A DNA stretch of 64,000 nucleotides, taken from NCBI GenBank assembly GCA_002747745.1, contig PDQG01000004.1:37646-101645 (forward strand), written 5' to 3'. The notes beneath the pieces are model-generated. The model did no database searches. It was not told the DNA's origin and worked only from the letters and a program-made list of their open reading frames with translations. This DNA comes from a bacterium DOLZORAL124_38_8. Lineage in GTDB: Bacteria; Patescibacteriota; Gracilibacteria; UBA4473. The translations under genes and the position numbers were made by a program. Positions 58,467 to 64,000 of the stretch are shown here, one piece after another; position 1 is the stretch's first letter, and every line of letters starts with the position of its first letter.

Positions 58467-60059
58467 ATGAAGAAATTAATTGTTGTGAGTCTGTTAAGTT
58501 TTTCCCTCTTGTTTAATGGAAATGAAATATTCGCAACGGGCGGACAACTAAATTATGAGAGTACCAGTGCTACGGGAAAAAGTTTCGGAACGACTGGAAA
58601 TACCGATTCTATGTTTAATAACATGCAAAAAACTAACGATGATTTATTTGAAAAAACTGAGTTTTACAAAAAGGATGATAAGGAAAAAGTTGAATATTTT
58701 AAAAACAAACTAAAAGAATCACAAAAAAATACAGAAGCATTCAACACAAACTTCTATGAAAAAAATAATGATGAAAAATATAAGGATTATAAAGAATATA
58801 GAAAAAACAAAGTTGAACCAAAAGAGGAGTCTAGAAAAAAGTTCTTATTAATTCGTTTTGTGGGACTAAATAAACAAACCATAAATAAAATAGCAATCAA
58901 TCAAATTGATTCACTAGAACGAGATAAGAAAATAGGAGAAAAAATAACCGTAAACAATAGTTATTCGTACCAAGGAAAAGAAAATGTTTTGGGAAAATGG
59001 ATAAAGACAGATATTAATGTCCCCGCTGGAGATAATGCAATTTGGATAAAAATAGAAGACTTAGAAAAAAAAGATGAGAATAAAGTGTTGCTAAAAATTA
59101 CGCATCCAGCTTATTACCAAAAGATAATTGATACAGCAAAAGAATTAAAAAAAACAATGCCTGAAGTAACAGTAAACTTAATTCCCAAAGACGCATCAAA
59201 CACTGGGAACAAAAGTCCTCACCTAACTTTAGGCGAAGCCGGATATGACCCCATTTTAAAAGATAACCTCATCCATCGTGCTGGAGATGGATTTACTGGA
59301 TTCGACGATAAACATTCAGTGGGAAACGAAGATAAAATTTTAAAAAGCTTTTTCAGCAAAAAAGGCAGTGGTATTATGGTAACCGTTTTACGCGTTTTAG
59401 GAACCATCGGAATCCTTTATTTGTTGATTGGCGGAATTCGTTATATTTTTACCAATGGAGACGAAGAAAGTGCCGAAAAAGCCAAAAATCAAATTGTGTG
59501 GGCGTTAGTGGGATTAATAATCCTTTCATTAGCTGAATTTATTGGGTTTGAATTTATTAATCCATATGAGAAAGATATATTAGGAACCAATGAGGTGGTC
59601 AATAGTTTGAAAGATAAAGTTGAACAAATCATTCGCGTATTAGAGTACGCCGTGGGAGGATTATTCTTGGTAAATGGTTCAATTAGTGCCTATGATTTAA
59701 TTACCTCTCGTGGACAAGACGAAAACTTAGATAATGAAAAGAATTTTGTTCAAACATTTATTTGGGGAGCCGGATTTATTTTATTCGCCGAGGTAATTGT
59801 GCGAATTGTTGCCAGCGATATTAGTCGATCAGAACAAATAAATATGCTTTCTGGTGAAATTGGCGGGATTATAAACTTCATCTTGACTTTCTTTGCTGGG
59901 GCTTCCGCTTTGATGTTGATTATTTCCGCCTTGTACTATGTTGTTTCTCTGGGTGATGACGAACGAGTCTCAAGTGCCAAAAATATGATTCGAAATTCCG
60001 CCATTGCCTTTGTAATTGCCTTCTCTAGTTATGTATTAGCTCAATTTATGATTGTATAA
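58467..60059 (+). CDS. Secreted protein with three C-terminal VirB2/TrbC-like (T4SS pilin-type) helical hairpins
   Basis: Signal peptide MKKLIVVSLLSFSLLFNGNEIFA and a ~280-aa K/E/N-rich ectodomain. Three TM-loop-TM units follow (nt 59364-60056), e.g. LGTIGILYLLIGGIRYIFTNGDEESAEKAKNQIVWALVGLIILSLAEF and AGASALMLIISALYYVVSLGDDERVSSAKNMIRNSAIAFVIAFSSYVL. Confidence 0.65.
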   Translation: MKKLIVVSLLSFSLLFNGNEIFATGGQLNYESTSATGKSFGTTGNTDSMFNNMQKTNDDLFEKTEFYKKDDKEKVEYFKNKLKESQKNTEAFNTNFYEKNNDEKYKDYKEYRKNKVEPKEESRKKFLLIRFVGLNKQTINKIAINQIDSLERDKKIGEKITVNNSYSYQGKENVLGKWIKTDINVPAGDNAIWIKIEDLEKKDENKVLLKITHPAYYQKIIDTAKELKKTMPEVTVNLIPKDASNTGNKSPHLTLGEAGYDPILKDNLIHRAGDGFTGFDDKHSVGNEDKILKSFFSKKGSGIMVTVLRVLGTIGILYLLIGGIRYIFTNGDEESAEKAKNQIVWALVGLIILSLAEFIGFEFINPYEKDILGTNEVVNSLKDKVEQIIRVLEYAVGGLFLVNGSISAYDLITSRGQDENLDNEKNFVQTFIWGAGFILFAEVIVRIVASDISRSEQINMLSGEIGGIINFILTFFAGASALMLIISALYYVVSLGDDERVSSAKNMIRNSAIAFVIAFSSYVLAQFMIV

Positions 60060-61492
60060 TGAAAAAATTTTACGGAGCGGTTTTGTCAATTTTATGTTTG
60101 TGTTTCATGCCCACGGTTCAGGCCGTAAATGAGGGGGGCGACCTTCCTGCTTGCCCAACGCGGATTAAACCTTGTAAAACGTTAGGTATTTTTAAGCGAT
60201 CTTCTGAATTTCGTCGCTATCAAGCCACCGCTTTGAAAATGTGTGGACGTTCACACCGAGCATTATCGGCTTTAGAAAGCATAAATACTGATTTATCAGA
60301 AGCCGAAAAATCAAGCATCAATAAAGAATTAAAACAAAAATTCATCTTTGGCGTTACCATTTTTAATAATACGGTTGACGGTTGTAAGAAAAAGAAATTC
60401 GAACAATCCGCGCAAGTTTTTGAAACGATTTATGACGATATTGAGCACTTTGTGATTGCCAAAATAAATCGTTCTAATTCAACAGCTACCACAAAAACAT
60501 TAAAGGACAAATTTATCGCTGGCATTGGAGATGACGAACCATTAAAACAACGATTTCAGGGGAAATTATCTTCGAGTCAATTTTCTTCTATTCCCTCATC
60601 TAAAAACATTTTCTCTTCTGGCGATGGAGAAATATTAGGTCACAAGTCTAGGCTAAAAGATTATACTGGAAAAGGAGAAACGGGAAATGACCAACTGCGA
60701 AGCACACTAAATAATTTGTTTGCGGGCGTAAAAAAACTACTCATTCCTATTAGTATTTTCCTCATCGTTTTTGCGGGCGTACAATTATTTATGATAAGCC
60801 GTGATAGCGTGTCGGAGGAAATTCCCAAAAAACGAAACCAAATTTTCAATATCATTATTGGGTGGACTGTCTTCTCCCTAGCCTTTACGGTCGTAGATTT
60901 TGTTATTTTTGGAAACGGAAAAGAAGACTTTATTTTCCGAGATTCATTTGAGGGAAGTGAGTATCAAATAAATACGGAACGTTCACTAGAATTTGCACGT
61001 CGAATCTTTGGTGAACTGGAAGGAATCGTTGATTTCCTCCTAACATTGTTCGTTATCGTCTCTATTCTCTTCCTTATTATTAGTTGTATTCGACTCATTT
61101 TTGGTGACGATGAAAGTTATGAAGCAACAAAAAAACAAGTCATGCAAAGTATTATTGCTTCTGTTGTAGCTATTTCGCTAAAACCATTATTAGCCCTCTT
61201 CTACCAAAATGGACAAATCGTCAAACCAAATGCAACTTCGGTCATTGAGTTTGCCCTCAAATGGGCGGACTATGTCTTAGGATTTATTGGCCTCATGGCG
61301 ACCCTGTCACTCATTTATGGCGGTATAAGACTAATTATTGATTATGGAAACGGAGAAGCCATGGAAGAAGCTAAGAAAATTATTCAGTACTCCGTTATTG
61401 GAATCGTATTAGCATTCTCAGCTTGGACGATTGTAAACTTCTTTGCTACGCCTGGCGACCAAATTAGTGCCTTTGTTTTAGGGTTTGCATAA
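60059..61492 (+). CDS. Paralogous secreted protein with three VirB2/TrbC-like helical hairpins
   Basis: Signal peptide MKKFYGAVLSILCLCFMPTVQA and a Cys-containing ~190-aa ectodomain. Three hairpins follow (nt ~60701-61453), e.g. VSILFLIISCIRLIFGDDESYEATKKQVMQSIIASVVAISL and MATLSLIYGGIRLIIDYGNGEAMEEAKKIIQYSVIGIVLAFSAW. The ATG overlaps the upstream stop by 1 nt. Confidence 0.65.
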   Translation: MKKFYGAVLSILCLCFMPTVQAVNEGGDLPACPTRIKPCKTLGIFKRSSEFRRYQATALKMCGRSHRALSALESINTDLSEAEKSSINKELKQKFIFGVTIFNNTVDGCKKKKFEQSAQVFETIYDDIEHFVIAKINRSNSTATTKTLKDKFIAGIGDDEPLKQRFQGKLSSSQFSSIPSSKNIFSSGDGEILGHKSRLKDYTGKGETGNDQLRSTLNNLFAGVKKLLIPISIFLIVFAGVQLFMISRDSVSEEIPKKRNQIFNIIIGWTVFSLAFTVVDFVIFGNGKEDFIFRDSFEGSEYQINTERSLEFARRIFGELEGIVDFLLTLFVIVSILFLIISCIRLIFGDDESYEATKKQVMQSIIASVVAISLKPLLALFYQNGQIVKPNATSVIEFALKWADYVLGFIGLMATLSLIYGGIRLIIDYGNGEAMEEAKKIIQYSVIGIVLAFSAWTIVNFFATPGDQISAFVLGFA

Positions 61493-61499
61493 AGAAATT

Positions 61500-63710
61500 T
61501 TAGTTTTCTCGCTGTCTCAGATGTGGCCAAGCTCCATAGATCATGGCTTTGGCCCATTTCGCATTTTCTCGCCCATCAAGACACGTAACCGTTTGCAAAG
61601 TTTCAAAATCGGCCGTTCTTCGGGCTAAAGCCGCCGAAACTTGGGGCGTAGTCCAAACCTCCCAAAAGTTTTGGTTTGATTGTTTCATTACGGCTTCAAT
61701 TTTTTCTAACAATGGGTGTGGTGCCGAAAACGGAATCCGATGCAGAATTAAATGCTGAAAATCATATTGATCTAGATTCTTATCGGATATTTTTTGCAGT
61801 AATAACAAAATGTTTTTTTGATTCTTCATCATTTGAAACATTTTCCCCTGTCCGCCTTTAACCCGTTCTCCAAATATTTGTATGTCCGTATCAGACAAAC
61901 TTTCCGACAACTTATTGTAGGTATTTCGAAGGGTTTCAAGACTAGAAAATGAAGTCACCACATTGGTCGAATCATTTATTTCCGCACGGGCAATTTGATC
62001 TATTTTCTGAGCACAATAAGCATTATATTCTGGCGAACGATTTGAAATTAAATCGGTCGGAACTTCCCAAGAAAAATCGGGCAACAAATGTTCAAATTCA
62101 AATTCTTCCGCTTGAGAAATTCCCAAAAATACTCGGAAAAAAGCCAACGATTCACTCGGCGTGTGTCGATGAAATAACAACGTTTTAAACGCACTTAATT
62201 TCTCTTTCAAGGCTCGCCAATCTTCTGGATGCCAACTCTCAAACACTAAGTCTCCGTTTTGTGGATAATACGTTAACCATCTCACTTCTTTGGGTTGCGG
62301 ATTCGTCAACAGTTCTAACAATGGTTGATCAGACGAATCTAAAAACTGAGTGGCACTATCTGCAAAATCTGCAAACTTATCAGAGTCTTTTAACAAAATT
62401 TTTGTTGGAAACGGAGAAATTTCATGCCCTGTTTTTTCACGAATAACTTCTTGGCAAAAATTCGAAACCCAAAAGTGAGCAGGCGCCGAAATTTTTTCAT
62501 CAGTATGATTCAGATATTTCAGTAACGAAAATCGCTTCGTTGGAGCATGCAATAAAGATTCCCCAAACAATTCTCCTTCATCAATAATGAGGGTTCGATC
62601 CGTAAAAACTGGTAAATCAATAAAACGCAAAAAAGCGGAGGGCGTAATTACTAAGACCCGCTCGTCCATTCGCTCTTGAATGATTTGGCTAAACAACTCT
62701 GATTCGACCGACAGCAAACACACCTGATTCCACAAATCGTATTGGTGGAGAAATAAATCAAAGAAATTTTTTCCACGGTAACCCAAAAATTGTCGCCACG
62801 CCACCTGAATAGCAAAAGTAATATCAATACTTTTCTCAAATGTTTGATTTAAATACTCAGAAAATCTCTGTGGGGCTAAAATAACTTCTGGCGTTGGAAC
62901 AAACGATTCTCCCGAAAATCTATCGAGCCGCTCAGTCACAATAACCGACTTTGGATAAGCATAGGCTAGGTTTTTTTGTAATTCGGCTGTTTTTCGGGTT
63001 GTCCCCGCTCGAAGCAAATTGTGTTGGGCGGAAAAACTCTTTATATCAATCGTTTGGGTTGGCGTTTCGCGCGGAGTATTTTTTTTAGTTGGTACAGATT
63101 TCGTACTAGTTGATGCCAGTAACACCGCTCCTTCTTTCCACCAACTATTTTTTTCAATAATGGGTCTAATTTGTGCTAAAAATTCCGGACTAAGTGTTTC
63201 GATTTGCTCTACCAAAAAATCGTAAATCTCGATATTTACTTCTACATCACTCATGGCTCGATGAGCGTTTTCGTGTTTAAATCCATATTTCTGAGCCAAA
63301 ATTTCCAAAGCATAACTTTCTTCTTGCAATAACACAATTCTGGCTAACTCATGGGTGTCAATCCGTCCGTTTTGTTTTACTGGTACTCCATAGGCTTCTA
63401 AAAAATTGATATCAAAATCAATATTGTGTCCAACAATAACCGCATCTCCAATTTTGGTTGTAATCTCGTCTTTAAACGTGTCTAATGGTTTAGCCTCTGT
63501 ATCTAAATCGTGTTGCGAAATGCCTGTCAACTCCGATACAAAATCATTTAACGGCGATTTTTCGGGCTGAATTAATTGGTCAAAACGAGACTCTTCTTGT
63601 CCGTTTTGGTCTAATACTACGAATGAGAGTTCTATAATTGAATCTTTCTGTGGATCAAACCCCGTGGTTTCTAAATCTAAAAAACAAAGCCGTTGCGTGT
63701 ATTTGGTCAT
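61500..63710 (-). CDS. DnaQ-type 3'-5' exonuclease fused to a DinG-like helicase-fold domain with degenerate ATPase motifs
   Basis: Exo motifs FLDLETTG, GHNIDFDINFL and HRAMSDVE. The helicase-like part has AGTTRKT where AxTGxGKT is expected, and DEGE in place of DEAH. The C-terminal ..LILHRIPFSAPHPLLE.. is conserved. Confidence 0.7.
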   Translation of the reverse strand: MTKYTQRLCFLDLETTGFDPQKDSIIELSFVVLDQNGQEESRFDQLIQPEKSPLNDFVSELTGISQHDLDTEAKPLDTFKDEITTKIGDAVIVGHNIDFDINFLEAYGVPVKQNGRIDTHELARIVLLQEESYALEILAQKYGFKHENAHRAMSDVEVNIEIYDFLVEQIETLSPEFLAQIRPIIEKNSWWKEGAVLLASTSTKSVPTKKNTPRETPTQTIDIKSFSAQHNLLRAGTTRKTAELQKNLAYAYPKSVIVTERLDRFSGESFVPTPEVILAPQRFSEYLNQTFEKSIDITFAIQVAWRQFLGYRGKNFFDLFLHQYDLWNQVCLLSVESELFSQIIQERMDERVLVITPSAFLRFIDLPVFTDRTLIIDEGELFGESLLHAPTKRFSLLKYLNHTDEKISAPAHFWVSNFCQEVIREKTGHEISPFPTKILLKDSDKFADFADSATQFLDSSDQPLLELLTNPQPKEVRWLTYYPQNGDLVFESWHPEDWRALKEKLSAFKTLLFHRHTPSESLAFFRVFLGISQAEEFEFEHLLPDFSWEVPTDLISNRSPEYNAYCAQKIDQIARAEINDSTNVVTSFSSLETLRNTYNKLSESLSDTDIQIFGERVKGGQGKMFQMMKNQKNILLLLQKISDKNLDQYDFQHLILHRIPFSAPHPLLEKIEAVMKQSNQNFWEVWTTPQVSAALARRTADFETLQTVTCLDGRENAKWAKAMIYGAWPHLRQREN

Positions 63711-63792
63711 ATCAATTCTATTGTACAAATTTTTTAGTATAATTCATTATTTAAAATATTGACATTTTAATTCATTATTTTATATATAAAAC

Positions 63793-64000
63793 ATGGAAAA
63801 TCTAGAAAATAACACAGAAATTGTTTCACCAGTAGACCATTTTTTTACATATTTGAATGAAAAGTCCCCAGAAGAAGCAATTCTATTAAAAGATTATTAT
63901 GACAACCCTGATAAATTACAACCTCTAAAAAATAACATTGTTAATAGATACCGAAATAACATTGACCTATTTAGCCAAAACTTCTTTCTCTTGGAAGAAA
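63793..64000 (+). CDS. Hypothetical ORF, 5' part (runs off the window)
   Basis: The ATG at 63793 opens a frame with no stop to nt 64000 (MENLENNTEIVSPVDHFFTYLNEKSPEE..). It is not in the ORF track because it is unterminated. Confidence 0.35.
   Translation, partial: MENLENNTEIVSPVDHFFTYLNEKSPEEAILLKDYYDNPDKLQPLKNNIVNRYRNNIDLFSQNFFLLEE

Overview
The window is a 64-kb stretch of a compact, low-GC bacterial chromosome read with the standard code. Long conserved genes (rpoC, relA/spoT, dnaG, radA) are intact and end at ordinary stops. Gene content and layout look like a Candidate Phyla Radiation / Patescibacteria-type organism; this is inference from the sequence, not a database hit. The supporting traits are: a 23S-5S rRNA unit with no linked 16S, many leaderless-looking promoters, type IV pilin / prepilin peptidase / ComEC genes, a VirD4/TraG-like ATPase, VirB2/TrbC-like pilin hairpin proteins, and several very large lineage-specific ORFs.

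Recognisable housekeeping genes are rny (partial), rfbB, radA, trmD, trmB, tatD, relA/spoT, rpmA, jag, mnmA, an M24 peptidase, a DEAD-box helicase, rpsG, rpsL, rpoC, comEC, holA, pilD, dnaG, mscL, pgi and a DnaQ-DinG-like protein. RNA genes are 23S and 5S rRNA, tmRNA, and three tRNAs: Ala-TGC, Lys-TTT and Lys-CTT.

The most interesting unexplained content is listed below. I cannot assign a function to any of the large orphan proteins from sequence alone.
- A roughly 5.8-kb block of three co-directional orphan ORFs (26175-32004). The first two are separated only by one in-frame TAA. The second and third overlap by 59 nt with a +1 frame offset.
- Two tandem genes (58467-61492), each encoding a secreted domain followed by three VirB2/TrbC-like pilin hairpins.
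- A Cys-rich 553-aa protein wedged between rpsL and rpsG.
- A VirD4-like ATPase paired with an 812-aa secreted protein.
- A 1316-aa orphan ORF.
- A truncated sugar-transferase gene next to a glycine-zipper peptide and a degenerate ~75-nt tandem repeat array.
- Families of short GC-rich hairpins in AT-rich intergenic regions.
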